The position numbers and the translations under genes were made by a program. This document shows positions 10,329 to 25,239 of a stretch of 64,000 bases of DNA, piece by piece. This DNA comes from Cirrosporium novae-zelandiae. Its lineage: Eukaryota. Within the stretch, counting starts at the first letter, position 1; every line of letters starts with the position of its first letter. The stretch spans positions 186,001-250,000 of the forward strand of contig JAPETS010000009.1 of NCBI GenBank assembly GCA_026023565.1, read 5' to 3'. The notes beneath the pieces are model-generated. The model ran no database searches. It saw only the letters and a list, made by a program, of their open reading frames with translations, and was not told where the DNA came from.

Positions 10329-12581
10329 GACGAAACGATCTAACTGTCCTGAAAGAAAGAATTAAGTGCTGAGGTTTGATTTTGCTGTAATGCTGACTAC
10401 CTAGTAAGAACTCCACTACGAAGTATACCAGTAGAAAATAGGAAACAATAATAACATAATTAACAAATTTCATCTCTCAAAAAAAAAGAAAGTGGTCCAG
10501 GAGTCGTTCATGATAATGTTCGTGCATCTAACAATAATAATTAACCTTTTACCGAACAACCATCTAAGGATCAAAACGAGATTATCTTGTTATGAGACTG
10601 AAACATTGACGGGCAGGTGACCCGTCCTAACCTTAAGCAGAAGCAACTATACCAAATATCGCCTAAATCTTCCTTAAAATTACCACATTCTTAATGGAAC
10701 CCCCCCCCAAATGCCCGAGGAATGGTTCCACCTAATACCAATATTACCATACTCAGTATTGATGAAATCAACTAATTAATTACGGGGGAATCCTTGTCTG
10801 TTGCGTAACACTTTTCACCACAGGACTGGAGTGAATAATTCCAACTCGAGAAAATACCCTCCTCCCCGAAAACCAACCGTCAAGGTCGGTGTTACTTTAT
10901 TATTTAGTTAACTGCTCTTGTTAACGCCCCCCCCCGGATAATAAAACAAGTATTCTACATTTGAGCCTCATCCAAACATATTATTTATGTCACCATTCTT
11001 TACATCTACTTGACTGCGCCCCAAAATGTCCTGCCCAGTATATTCCTCCCGATAACCTATGACTCTTCAACAGTGACGCGTCTCTTCTATTTCCAGCTTA
11101 CTGTTTAATAAGATTAGCTGTATCTTCAAGATTTTGGAGTGTTTTGAGAGTTCCACAGCCTACTGTGCAGCAGTGGCTATGTCATCGTTACCCCGCCATC
11201 AAAAGGGTTTATAGGTATCAGATCTCTACCGATTAATGAACCCATGGACAGATAGGCACTACCTAAATGAAGTCCAGAATCATAGCGAATTGCCTAAGAG
11301 TGGATTCCTAGCGGATACCCAGCTGATACCTCACTAACATGTTCAGGATGAAGATGGTCCATGGGTCATTGGCCCACAGGCGAATTTACCCATGCCAATG
11401 TGAAACATCTTGTCTTCGACCACTTCCTTCTCATCCGAAGTCACCGAACGCTTTTTGGAAAACATTCTCTCCAGCCTCTTTGACGATGCATGACCGTTTA
11501 TCCACTACTGTCTGCTGCAGTCCTGTGATGATACAATACAGCAACTGGTCACGGTGGAGGTTGGGTCTCGGGTTCATGACATACCGTGATGGAACACTCG
11601 ACGAATGATGGTTATATCCAAAAATAGCCCCGAAACCCAAGAAGCCTGGCTGATAGCGGATTCATGAATGTTTCTGAAAGATGTCTTCTGTACAATGTGA
11701 ATACAATCTTTAGGTCTTTAGTATCGAGTTCCTCCTTCTACCGGGAAACGTTCTAAGATTTGAGACAAACCTTCATCCCGATTAAGTCTCTATGCTATTT
11801 AAAGATCTCCAACATGAATTGGTAAATATCACTCCCTTTGAATATTCTTTTAAATTGGAGGTGTTTATACTACATTATATGAAGGATAACTATCAATAGC
11901 TGATGACCTATCTGGCCTCATACATAGGTATAGTAATGCAGTCCTATTTACCTAAATGATACCACTATGTCTCTTTGTAACACTCCCAATATTCTTCGTT
12001 TTAGATTTCAATTCCATACTTTCTCGTTTCTAAACTGTATCAAAGAGGATAACTAGAAGTTTTCTTCGTATGAAAAGTTCAAATAATAATGTCGATTGGG
12101 AATTAGAATGGCAGTATTTTGATTATTAAATATTTCATTACAGGCTTCTAGATACCACCACGCTTGGCTTACATAGGGACTCATCCAGTATGCCGTTAGT
12201 ACTACTCTGAAATGAGGTTAATAATTAATGTTGCCTCTGTGTACTATCTCATGATATATTGTGAATACCTACAGCTTCAGCACGAACAATCTCCGTTCAA
12301 ATCATTTAAAGATGCTGCAAAGGGATTTTCAATCCCTCTACTAAAGAAAATCATAACGTAACATTATATTTCCAAGTTTGCAGGCTGTCACCTTCATTCG
12401 AAGAGTATCTCAAATTCGGGCTTGCAATCACTAGCGTCTTTTTCCTATAGAAAAATCATAGCACCTTCCTTCTCCCATATGTTTTTTAGCTTCAGTTAAA
12501 TCTTCTTACTTGACCCTTCGATTTAATTAGTTCAACCTCGAAAGCAACAATGAGAATGTGATATCTTCATCCAGTCTCAAA

Positions 12582-14804
12582 ATGTTACGTCTACCTTCCT
12601 CGCGGATTACTCTTGATCTGAATGATCTTTACTTTCATATCAATAATATGAAAGCGAGGGGGTTGCAACAAACCACAAATCTATCACTTCCAAATGAGGT
12701 TATAGATCCAGACGAATCGGCCCCTCAAGTCTCAATATTTTCTCCAATACCTCTAGAATCTGATGATGATAATGGTGATGAGGATTCGCTCATCTACAGC
12801 AAACCAGATTCGTTACGCTCACCAAAGTTCTGGAAGGAGCTTGTCGCTCAAGCGGAAACACCTTGGAGCTTGAGTGATATTTTTCGAAGAGGTTCAAGTG
12901 GTAGCTCAAATCGAACATCACAGAGCAGTACATTTCCTGAAGAGATCAGCCAGTACTTTTATCCAAAAACTCGAATTAAATCTCCCACAGGTGACCAGGA
13001 AGAAACCGAAACAGAAGATATTGCAAGTGAGGAGGAATATGAAGCAACAGAGGATGACGACAAAGAAAAGCAAGCTAAAGCGACAGAACCTAGCGAAAAC
13101 AAACATGAACATGAAGACCACAAAGATGCCGCCTCTTGGAGGGCCCGTCTTCATATTAGACGCTATCGAAAGAACTCCCCACATCGAGATGATGAAGAGT
13201 CACCTCCTAAACACCAGTTCCATTTTTCTGGTTTCACCAAAAGCTCCAAGGATAGTCGGAGATCAAGATATTCAAGAAAGGGCAAGCAAAGTGAGGACAG
13301 AAAAAGTCACAGCCTGGACGGCATTGGTGATATCTGGTCTCCATCAAGTGCTACGGAGAAATATCCCCCGTCTCACCTTTTGAGTTCACCTCCCGAGTCT
13401 GAGTCAACGCCTGTATTTCCACCCTCTCACCGCGGGAGCACTGCTCCTCGAAAGAGCTCTTTACTTAGATTTGCCCAAGCAGCCAACTCTAGCCCAGCTG
13501 AAAGTGATGGCAATAACGACAATTCTGCAAGGCTGTCACCGTCGCTCCCTCGCCCTCTAGAGGCGGGTCCAAGTCGTTTGCCTGCCCAACGTTCTCGCAG
13601 GCGACTAGAGAAATCAAGAGCTCAGCCTTCATGGAATAACGACAATGTTAGAAGGGAACATCATAACGTCTCGGTATCTGTAAGAGGTTTGGATAATCAT
13701 TCAAGGAGACAATCTCCACCAAAACAGTTCGAAATCTTTGAAGATCCATTTGATTTGCCGCATGCAGTGTCGGACGCCAACATACGGGACTTTGACATTC
13801 GTAATTTTAGTAAGAGTGGTGAAAGAGAGCATTGGAGAGTTATTCTGGATCGCAGGCAAGACGAGCTTGATGAAAGAATTTGGACCAGCTACAAAGAGCT
13901 CGAGAAGCAAGTGGATATCTTACATGATCAAATTATCACTCTAAAGGAACAAGTCAACTATATGGACCTAGAATTTCCAGACGGGGAACCATTGTTTATG
14001 GACTTCCCCAGAGTTGAAACGCTCAGTAATATACCTGATAGAGCTGCCCTAGAGGAAGCAGAGGAATTTGTTATCGGGTACACGAGAAAGGTTAGCGCAT
14101 GGTGTGGATGGATTTCGGAACACTTTCTTGAACGTAATGAGGGCGAATCGTCGACTCTTCCTACCAATGAAGAAGTAGTGGTTGCGACACCTCCGAAACA
14201 ATCAACATCAAGAACTCGAGCTGACACCGGAGGTTCTGAATCTTCCGCGTTCTTGACTACGCCTGAGTCCTCTGTGCGCCATCGATTCTCCGGCCCATCC
14301 TCGCAAAGCGTAGCCTTCGATACATCTTTCGCACCTTTTCTATCACCAGAACATAATCCAAGCAACGTATCAACCATCGAGTCAGCAAGTATTCAACATC
14401 TATTACCCGCAACCCCCGTTCCCAACGCCCCTATATCTCCTACTATACCCAACACCTTCTTCAATGGATTCTCCCATGCCCCAAGAACCCAACCCCACAC
14501 GCCCCGCCGCCGCAGAATCCGTATCTACAACGACCGTCTCCCATCAGATCCCTACATCCAACCTCGAACACCAGATCACCATTCTCGGAACCCGCTCCCT
14601 CCTTACCAGGGCCCGTACACCGCACCAGCCGCCACAAGAACAACCATGGCCATGGAGGTAATTAGAGATCGAGAGGCAGAAACGGCTATTTTGGCCTTGC
14701 TTTCGCCTACAAGGGGTGGCGGTGATATTGAGGATGTGGAGAATATAGAGGAAGAGGGTGTGGATTATGAGGAAGAGATGAGGGTGTTTACGAATTATGA
14801 ATGA
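12582..14804 (+). CDS. Hypothetical, largely disordered 740-aa protein with a CDC26-like N-terminal peptide
   Basis: Uninterrupted ORF with first ATG at 12582 (MLRLPSSRITLDLNDL). Acidic and Ser/Pro-rich, with a central coiled-coil-like segment (YKELEKQVDILHDQIITLKEQV) and a C-terminal IYNDRLP..QPRTP motif. Confidence 0.75.
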   Translation: MLRLPSSRITLDLNDLYFHINNMKARGLQQTTNLSLPNEVIDPDESAPQVSIFSPIPLESDDDNGDEDSLIYSKPDSLRSPKFWKELVAQAETPWSLSDIFRRGSSGSSNRTSQSSTFPEEISQYFYPKTRIKSPTGDQEETETEDIASEEEYEATEDDDKEKQAKATEPSENKHEHEDHKDAASWRARLHIRRYRKNSPHRDDEESPPKHQFHFSGFTKSSKDSRRSRYSRKGKQSEDRKSHSLDGIGDIWSPSSATEKYPPSHLLSSPPESESTPVFPPSHRGSTAPRKSSLLRFAQAANSSPAESDGNNDNSARLSPSLPRPLEAGPSRLPAQRSRRRLEKSRAQPSWNNDNVRREHHNVSVSVRGLDNHSRRQSPPKQFEIFEDPFDLPHAVSDANIRDFDIRNFSKSGEREHWRVILDRRQDELDERIWTSYKELEKQVDILHDQIITLKEQVNYMDLEFPDGEPLFMDFPRVETLSNIPDRAALEEAEEFVIGYTRKVSAWCGWISEHFLERNEGESSTLPTNEEVVVATPPKQSTSRTRADTGGSESSAFLTTPESSVRHRFSGPSSQSVAFDTSFAPFLSPEHNPSNVSTIESASIQHLLPATPVPNAPISPTIPNTFFNGFSHAPRTQPHTPRRRRIRIYNDRLPSDPYIQPRTPDHHSRNPLPPYQGPYTAPAATRTTMAMEVIRDREAETAILALLSPTRGGGDIEDVENIEEEGVDYEEEMRVFTNYE

Positions 14805-15612
14805 GGGGGAAAAGGAAGCGAGAGTGGTTTGTGGTTATGGTTAAGGTTCCGGGTTATGGGTGTTATTAAGACTAACCTTCATTATCGCGTGCAATTTATC
14901 GTTTGTGGTTGTCATTGTCGTTGTCGTTGTTATTGTTTATCGTTTCGGGAGTACAAAGGTTATGAAATTAATGTCTACTGTCACAAATCATGACAGTGAA
15001 CAATGAATGGAACAGAAATTCGGGGGATGTTTATCACCACCCCCCCCCCCTCCCCCTCTAAAAAAAAACCTGAGGGAGGAAAAAGAAAAATGAAGGAAAC
15101 GAAAAAAAAAGATCGGATGCTATGCCATGCTATGCTAATATAATAACCATGTCCATATTCTCTTTTTATGCAAAAAAGAAAAAGAATAATAATTAGTTAG
15201 TTAGGTGCTTTTTATTTGTCGAGGGAAAAAAGTTTTAGTTATTAAAGGTAGTGGTGGCTTTAATGTGCATAATATGATGTTAATGGGATTGATATTGAAT
15301 ATGGGAATTGAATATCTTCTTTCATTTCATTCGATTCATTTAAAACTTTCTCAACATAAAAGTATAAAAGCTATTGGTTTCTATCTAGCGCTTCGGTTTT
15401 TGGAAGCCTAGCTTGCTTACACTAGAACCACCGCACCACACTTAAGGAATTTAGGGGATAAAAAACGTAAAAAATTAGCATGTCTATCGTAGATTTTGTT
15501 TTAGTTTGATTTTGCTCTCTTTTTCCTTTGAGGGCCTAGCCTAGCTTCCTTCTTCTTTGTCATGAGTCTATGTTGGTTTTATAAACTTAGCACGTGACAC
15601 ATTTAAAAACAT

Positions 15613-17336
<1,724 letters not shown>

Positions 17337-17693
17337 CTTGATATCTAAAGTCGGTGAGAGAACTTGTAGATCAAGGGAAATAAGGAATTGGAAGAGAGAA
17401 ACTTGCTAAAGAATTTCAATAGCAAGAGGGTGATTGTAATGAAGAAGAGGAAAAGGAAGAAGCTGAAAAGAGGAACTGGTTCCAAGACTCGACGTGGCGG
17501 TGGACAGATAGTTAGGTGGAGTTGAACAAAGTGTAGAAGCTTTTGGTTTAGAGAATGGACAACTATTTTCCTAGCTCAAGCCTGTTCAGACCCTGTTCAG
17601 ACCCTGCCCAATGTTCTCAAGTTTCGAATTAATTTTAAGGGGGATCGGCTTCAACATTAAAGCTTCATGATTGGAGAACGGGCGGGTTCACGG

Positions 17694-17827
17694 GTACAAA
17701 TCGTACAAATCGTACAAATCGTACAAATCGTACAAATCAGCAACAATCAGCAACAATCAGCAACAATCAGTGAGTGACATAGCACAGTACATACAGTACA
17801 TACGGTACATACAGTACATACAGTACA
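17694..17827. repeat. Three adjacent tandem arrays: (GTACAAATC)x5, (AATCAGCAAC)x3, (ACAGTACAT)x~5
   Basis: Directly visible in the glfA-glfB intergenic region. Confidence 0.85.
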
Positions 17828-19153
17828 ACTTATAATACTGTTGTCGTAAGAAAGGGAGCACATTGTAACCCTCCATGGTGAAGTAGACTCGGATGGTGTG
17901 AGACAATCTCTGAATCTTGCTTTGAATGATGGTTTTATTTAGAGAACACGTATTCCTATCAGGGAGGGAGGTAATTTAATTGATATCTGACAAGTCATGA
18001 GTGTATGGCTTTTTCTAAGACATCGCCAAGGACTGGTAATGATGATTACTCTGGTAAATAATATATTGGAGATTGATCGACTGTAAATCCTATAATATAA
18101 AGAAATCAGAATTAACTGGATAGCTACTGTATGAGTGGAAATTATCTGGAGATTAAATTCTTTTTTTTTTATTTTGAAATTGTTTGATCGATAAGAAGAT
18201 TGATCGGGGATAAGAGGTCGAGGGGTGGAGGGATCGAGTCGAATCTTGATACAATTCCTTCAAGCCAATAGCCGTCCTGCATAGTGACACATGGAAACAT
18301 ACATGACATTTGAATATTTTATTTTCCGCTTTCAGTTTTTTTTTATTTTTTTTATTTTTAAATTCAACGGTAATCTTTGTCAACTTAGATGTTCACGCTG
18401 CCTCAATTACAGTAGATTACAGGATGTTAAGTATGTTAAATATCTATTACAGGATCTTACATGATTTGGTTTTTAATCTGACGCTTCAGCCCACAAAAGC
18501 GCCCACTTTCCCAATTCTAACGCGTGGCACTAAGCTTTCCGAGCAAGGGGGTTGCCTCATCATTTTCATTCCTTTGGCCTCAGGTAACCAAAAGAGACGA
18601 GAGAGGGAAAAAACAAAAGAGAGAGAGAAAGAGAGAGAGAAAAAGAGATTCGCTGGAATTGTCACAGCTTTCGCCAGCTCTCGCCAGCTCTCGCCAGCCC
18701 TCTCTCAGCTTCTACAACCACCCGAACCTCCAAATTCATCCCCCAACAACCTTTCCATCTTCTAAATTCTCCGACCAAAGTCCTCTTCTTACCTTATCCA
18801 TCCTTCATCTCTCACCCATCTTCCATCATTTCACCCCCCAACCCCCCAAGCCCATCTTTCTGCAGCTTTCTTCTTCTAACCTTATAACTATCTAATCGAA
18901 TTGCCTTAAAAAAAAGGTACCTGACAATTCCTTCCCGTAAGCTTGTTCCTTCTTGCCCCTGGCACTTCTTCATGAGTGTCATCGTGCAATAGGTCAATCA
19001 TTACTGTATTACTCCTTTCAACATTCCATTCAACTTCGACCAAATCATTCATTCATCTTCACCGTGTTCGCTCCAAGCAACACTCTTCGGTCGCGACAAT
19101 TTGACCTTCAGTCCTTCTTTCAGTCGCAGATTCGTCCACGGACCCCGAATATA

Positions 19154-20664
19154 ATGGAAGGAGAAAAAGTACGCACGTCGGGTGATATCCCACGGGCTGG
19201 AGACCAGTCTCCTATTCTCCCGACAGTGAATCCTGCTGTTGAGAAGCCTGCTCCTGCTAAAGCAGCTCTTCACCCAGCTCTTTACGTTATGTATGTAATT
19301 TGACGGTTCACGAGAGAAATGGGACTAATACTTTTTCAGAACATGGATTTCTATGAGCTCTAGTGTAATTCTATTCAACAAATGGATTCTTGATACTGCT
19401 CAATTTCGTGAGTAACTTCAAGTCCAGTTGTTGTCTAGGAACTGTAGCTAACAATGTTAGATTTTCGTAGGGCTATCTCTCCTCATGTCCATGAAGCTTT
19501 CTAACCTTCAGGACAGCTATTATCTTGACAACATGGCATCTTGCCTTTGCCACTTTGATGACCCAGATACTTGCAAGGACAACTACTTTGCTTGATGGAC
19601 GAAAAACAGTAAAAATGACCGGACGAGTATATCTTCGAGCTATCGTCCCCATTGGCATTTTCTTCAGCTTAAGCTTGATCTGCGGCAATGTCACATATTT
19701 GTACCTATCCGTAGCTTTCATCCAGATGCTGAAGGTGAGTAACTTTCTACTCTGGGGAAATATCGACATGCACATGCTAATCGAACATGTAGGCAACGAC
19801 CCCTGTTGCTGTTCTCTTGGCTACATGGTCGCTCGGGCTTTCTCCTCCCAATATGAAAACCCTCGGAAATGTATCATTCATCGTCATTGGCGTGATTATC
19901 GCTTCGGTTGGGGAAATCAAATTCGTCCTCATTGGCGTTCTTTTCCAACTCGCAGGTATTACATTCGAAGCTATCCGTTTGGTTATGGTGCAGCGTCTTC
20001 TTAGCTCGGCGGAATTCAAAATGGATCCTTTGGTTTCGCTTTACTACTTCGCACCTGTCTGCGCCATCATGAACGGAACCATTGCTCTCTTCCTTGAAGT
20101 TCCCAAGATGACTCTACAAGATGTCAATAATGTCGGCCTCTTTACTCTCCTTGTCAATGCCATGGTTGCATTTGGACTCAATGTTTCTGTGGTCTTCTTG
20201 GTTTGTATACTCTACGACTTTCCATCTTTTTAACTTGCTAATACCCCTACTAGATTGGCAAGACATCATCTCTCGTTCTTACACTCTGCGGTGTTCTCAA
20301 GGATATTATTCTTGTCGCTGCATCTATGATGATCTGGGGAACTCCCGTCTCTGGCCTCCAATTCTTCGGTTACAGCATTGCTTTGGGTGGTCTTGTGTAC
20401 TATAAGCTTGGTGCTGACCAGCTTAAGGAATACTTTGGTCAAGGTCAACGAGCCTGGGCCGATTTGGGTGCCCGTCGCCCCATTTTCCGCAAACTAATTA
20501 TCTTCGGTCTGGCTGTCCTCTTCATAATTTTCACCTTCACAGCATTGGCACCCACTTATGCCCCTGACTATGACCCAACGGCTTATCTGGCCAACTCGCG
20601 ACTTGGATCACTAGTTGGTGATAAGGCCACGGAAGTTACAGAGGTGACGGCTGCTGCACCTTAA
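19154..20664 (+). CDS. glfB: UDP-galactofuranose transporter (GlfB/UgtA, TPT-family nucleotide-sugar transporter), multi-exon
   Basis: MEGEKVRTSG..PILPTVNPAVEK, WISMSSSVILFNKWIL, FPIILTTWHLAFAT, YLSVAFIQMLKATTPVAVL, KMDPLVSLYYFAPVC, GKTSSLVLTLCGVLKDI. Divergent from glfA. Confidence 0.88.
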
Positions 20665-21947
20665 GGAGGAAACATTTTCAGCAGATGGATCGCTGAGCGA
20701 TGAATGCGTCAATCGTGTATGGGAATAGGCCAAGAAAATGGACTCCCCGCCATCGTAGCGTTGAATAATTGAAAGGAAAGTCGTGAACAAGGGAAACGGA
20801 CAGATGATTGTTATGTGTATTCATAGATAGACAAGGAAACAGGAGTATTTCGAGGAGGATTGCAGACAGGTCGGTGACAGATGGTCTTTGGTGATGTGCG
20901 ACTGCTACTAGATTACAGCTCTTTATTCCAACAATGGTCAGGGGAACAAGTTTCTTCAAAATGGATACAGATGATCAAACATCATTTGAGCCTTGGAATC
21001 TTTCAGCAGACGGGAGAAGTGGGAAAAAATGTCCCATGTGGGATGACCAAAAGGCGGCCGTAGCATTGGCAGACGGTGACGTTGTGAACGTTCCAGGACG
21101 ATGATGGGTAGGGACTCGAGGGTACGCGCAGGAAATAGCCGGAGCCTTGCGTGGCCTTTGGATTGACGGAAAAGGGACGTTTGGCCGGCAAAAAAGCAAG
21201 CTACCCCAGGATTTCCATAAGCGGATCCGGAAAGGGACAAATGACAGAGCTCCAAAAAGGGTTTGATGGCCCCTAAATTGCGCAAGACTGCGGACCAGCC
21301 AGTGCAGCCCTTTAGGAGGGCTGGTTTGGACATGCCTTAGGCTGGCCTTAGTTCTGCCTTAGGCCGAATGTTATTTGGCTGCCACTAATCCAGAAGAGGT
21401 TAAGACAGGCAATAGCCGAGAATTAACGTCCACCAGTGCCAGCCATCAAGTTGGGAACAGCCAATAATCAGAAACGATGGAGGAGTTGCCAAGAAAGTAG
21501 TAAAGAGGCTTCGCGAGCTTTAATGAGCTTTAAATACAGGAGTTTCCGTTAAGGATTCCAACAGCTGACCATTGGCCTATCATGGTTCAGGGCAACCAGC
21601 TTGTCCCAATTAGGACAATTCATGTTTCCAAGACTCTTCGCTTTTCGCTTCCTTTCACTCCATCCCTCCGAAATCAGAATCTGCCCTGATTCGCTGCCCC
21701 AGTACCTTTAAGAACCCCAGAATCCCATCTCTTCTGCCTTTTCGCAACTTCTCCTTTACACATCTCTCCGATAACTCCTGTCTGTTTCTTCCAATTCTCC
21801 TGATATTACTTGCGTGTCATATCCTCGTCGCATTCTTTCAGCTGTACTCCTCCAACATCATCTATCTGCGCCAACTATACAGACTATCACCATCGTCCTC
21901 GTCATTCATCCAATACAGCTCTCTATCATCTCCGCATTATCTTCACC

Positions 21948-22934
21948 ATGGGGCCTTATTGCTTCAATGACTTTCATTCGGCTGGGCCAATGATGGCACT
22001 CTCTCCTCCACGAGCGCCTCATGAGCTAAGAACCGCTTACTCTACAGCAGCTCACTCCCATAATACATTCAACAACTCATCATTTAATCACTTCAATCAT
22101 ACCAATCATCATACTTCACCTCAGCATCACTTCTCTTCATACAGGTCGTCTACCCTATCAACGCCAACCAAAGCTAATCCGCGCAAACGATCTCGTGATG
22201 AATCTGATATCGACCATGAACCCCGACATACACATACATTTCCCCCTCTGCCTCCTAAGCCTGCTGTTGTTGAGAAGCCCATCTATGGTGAAGGCATGAC
22301 GCTTCTAAACCCGTCTACCGGCTTGGCCATCTCTGCCGAAAGCCAGACTGGCACCTGGTATGAAGAGAAAAGTGAGGCTGCAGCGCGCGCAACAGCCTTG
22401 GACAACAGGCCAGCATTTCCTAGCCGCAAGTCCCAACGCCTTGATGCCTCTGCTCCTGGCCCCGATGACATTACATCAGCCGTGTCTCTCTCTCAACCTG
22501 AGATTGCCCCAAAATCTTCACCCAATGACCCTACCGTTGATGAATCAACCATTCTTCTCGGTGTCGGTTGGACTCGCCTCAGCAGCGATGCAGACATGCA
22601 GGCTGCTGCTCGAGGATGGGCCAAATACATTGAACATCACTACGCCATTCGTGCCCCTACCATCATGCTGAAAAGCAGAGGCTTGAATGCCTATCTTGTT
22701 TCGTCCGAAGAGGGCTTCTACCTGTTCAAAGAAGATCTTTTGGAGGGACAACTCGTCTCTACCACCTGGTCAGGCTGTCTCCGAAATCTACGAAGCGTTC
22801 CATTAGTCTTCGATGGCCTACAAACTCTAAAGGCCCAACAAACTCCACCTCCCGAAATTGCAGACCAGTCACATGGTATGCAGACTTCGGCGATTGCTAC
22901 TCCAAATCAAACCATCTCAATGGATCTTGACTGA
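21948..22934 (+). CDS. Conserved fungal hypothetical protein
   Basis: 328-aa ORF from ATG 21948. RKRSRDE (NLS-like), PIYGEGMTLLNP..SAESQTGTWYEE, LGVGW..AAARGWAKYIEHHY, GFYLFKEDLLEGQLV. Confidence 0.8.
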   Translation: MGPYCFNDFHSAGPMMALSPPRAPHELRTAYSTAAHSHNTFNNSSFNHFNHTNHHTSPQHHFSSYRSSTLSTPTKANPRKRSRDESDIDHEPRHTHTFPPLPPKPAVVEKPIYGEGMTLLNPSTGLAISAESQTGTWYEEKSEAAARATALDNRPAFPSRKSQRLDASAPGPDDITSAVSLSQPEIAPKSSPNDPTVDESTILLGVGWTRLSSDADMQAAARGWAKYIEHHYAIRAPTIMLKSRGLNAYLVSSEEGFYLFKEDLLEGQLVSTTWSGCLRNLRSVPLVFDGLQTLKAQQTPPPEIADQSHGMQTSAIATPNQTISMDLD

Positions 22935-24258
22935 TCCCGGGAGACTTAATTTATGCAAATGCGCGTGTTCTACAGTTATCGTGCCATCAGCTTTCTTCTC
23001 TTCAGGCTGGTATGACGATGGCATCAGCCATCGCCGGTACCTTTTGCATGACCTTACCATGCTTCATTTTGGGATTGAATTGACGTCTATCATTCATCCT
23101 TATCCTTGGACCCTGGCTTATTATCGCCAGTTTCAAATTTTTACTCATCTTATTTACAGCTATTTCTGGTAAGCTTTATTAGCTCAGGAGTTACTCATAG
23201 TTTTCAGACAGTTTCAGTCAAATACAAAAGCACACCGCCGACTACCGCGGCAAACCCAGAAAAGCAGAAACGCTTTTTCGAACCTCAAGTTCCAGTTCAA
23301 ACAGATAATGCTCATCTACTCTAGTGCTTATAGTGCCTACTTCTAGCTTTATCTAGTTCAGTCAAATCATCTACTACTAGCTACAAAATTCTGTTAGCAA
23401 GTTGCAAAACTCAAACCACGTTATCTGAACAACCTGAAAACCAAAAGATAATAGTGCTATTGCTAGAACTCACTCTTTCGCGAAGTCCGAAACTGAACAT
23501 TCCATCTTCTCGTTTGCGTACTTGTGCTTTTTTTGCTCTGACGTACATCATTGAGTGGGTAGGTGAATGCAAGAAAAAGACCATTACAATTCGATTGTAG
23601 AAAACAAGCAAACTAGTCAAAACCAGTGGGAAGTGAACAGACGTAGAAGAAAACTTCAGGTACAGTGGAACATATTTTCTTTGTTCGCTCTCCTGTTTTC
23701 ATTTTGGATACTGCGAGGTCATTGGTCTATATCACACCCGTCCTCTGCAAGCAAATCATAAGCAAACAAGAAAAATTGATATTATCTGAAAGTTCCGATT
23801 CGAAGAATCTGCGAAGCAAAAAAAAAAGGAAACTTCACTTCGTGCATATACTTTTACAACATGTGTCCAATAAAAACAAGAAAAGAGGAAAAAGAGAATT
23901 GTTAGTTGCGCGCACATGATACTGTACCGGAAAAAAAACAAATAAGCATAATCTACCATGTGGGAATAGGTAACTTTTTTTTCCCTCCTTTTTTTTAAAT
24001 TTGTGTGTGTGCGTGTGCGCTCATGCTTTTCTTTTTCCCCTCGGTAGTAAAAATTATTATCCTCTCGGATATATATCTAAAGTGTGCGTATGATGCTTTT
24101 TTTCTCTTTTAAACTCTTGAGCCAGAGGGACAATACGGAGGAGGGAACGAGGGAGGAGAACGATATTATATCTAATAGTTTATGGAGAGAGAGGGTAGGG
24201 AGATAAGGGATTTATATATACATAGGTGTATACAATATAGAATAGCATGTACTAAGTA

Positions 24259-24300
24259 CAACAACAGCAACAACAGCAACAACAACAACAACAACAACAA
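24259..24300. repeat. (CAA/CAG)n microsatellite
   Basis: About 14 units. Confidence 0.9.
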
Positions 24301-25205
24301 GTGCCACGACGCTTAGGAAGGATATAGCTCTTTACAAGGCTCAAATCTACGGAGTAAGTGTATGACTACGACTATAACTAGTATAGATATATTGACTTGC
24401 CTCGAAGTCTACAAGTAAAAATCTAAGGCTGCGAGCGAGCTGAGAGAATCAATCTGTCATCTTGTGTAAGGGTGTGTACTCAGTAGAATAAATTCTAATT
24501 ATTAATTATGAAAAATGTGCTATCTATACTAACTAACTAGGTAGCTAGGTAGTCTTGGCACGGAATATGCCGGAACATCAATATATCTCTGGGCCTTGGT
24601 TCCAACATGGCTAATCAATCACTAATTAAGAAACCTACTCGAGTAATAGACTAGAGCCATTTCATAAGCTTTGATCTGCTGATTTTGACTTACATTCAGC
24701 TTTTCTAATTACCAATGACCCTGTGAATAATAATGATTTCATTAGTATAAACCGTATAATAATTGCTTCATAAATTGTATAATTTTTACCTGAATAGGTC
24801 TAAGTTTCTTTGGCATGGTCCATGTGGAATTAATCTAGGTCACATGAATTGGATACCTAAGGTGTACACTTTGTATATCCGTAACAAAAGTATATGAGTT
24901 ATGCAAGCTATAACAACAATAAATGACACCTTAACCCCCCCCACCCCCCCCCTTTAGTCCTTAGGGGAAGTTGAGATTTCTTTTCTTTCTTGTTATTATT
25001 ATTATTATTATTATTACTACAGGCAAGATTAACTAATTAAATATAATAATAACAACACGTTAAAAAAATATATATCCATCTATTTACCTAGGTGTACAGT
25101 ACCTATAAATCAAAGATTCATTTCATTCCGTCCATATAACCAAGCAAGCAATCAAGCAAACCCTCTACTTACCTATATTACCTACTTTACCTACTTTACT
25201 AGAAC

Positions 25206-25239
<34 letters not shown>

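Noticed and set aside
11076..11081. ACGCGT (MCB-like) element
   Set aside because: A single hexamer 1.5 kb from the nearest plausible target; expected by chance.
11200..12100. Short ORFs that might be a gene or transposon relic
   Set aside because: No recognisable motif or consistent splice pattern.
17694..17827. Repeat array considered as CRISPR-like
   Set aside because: Head-to-tail 9-10 bp units with no spacers, in eukaryotic DNA.
18310..18895. Overlapping 120-150 aa ORFs upstream of glfB
   Set aside because: Low-complexity promoter/5' UTR sequence with non-ATG starts.
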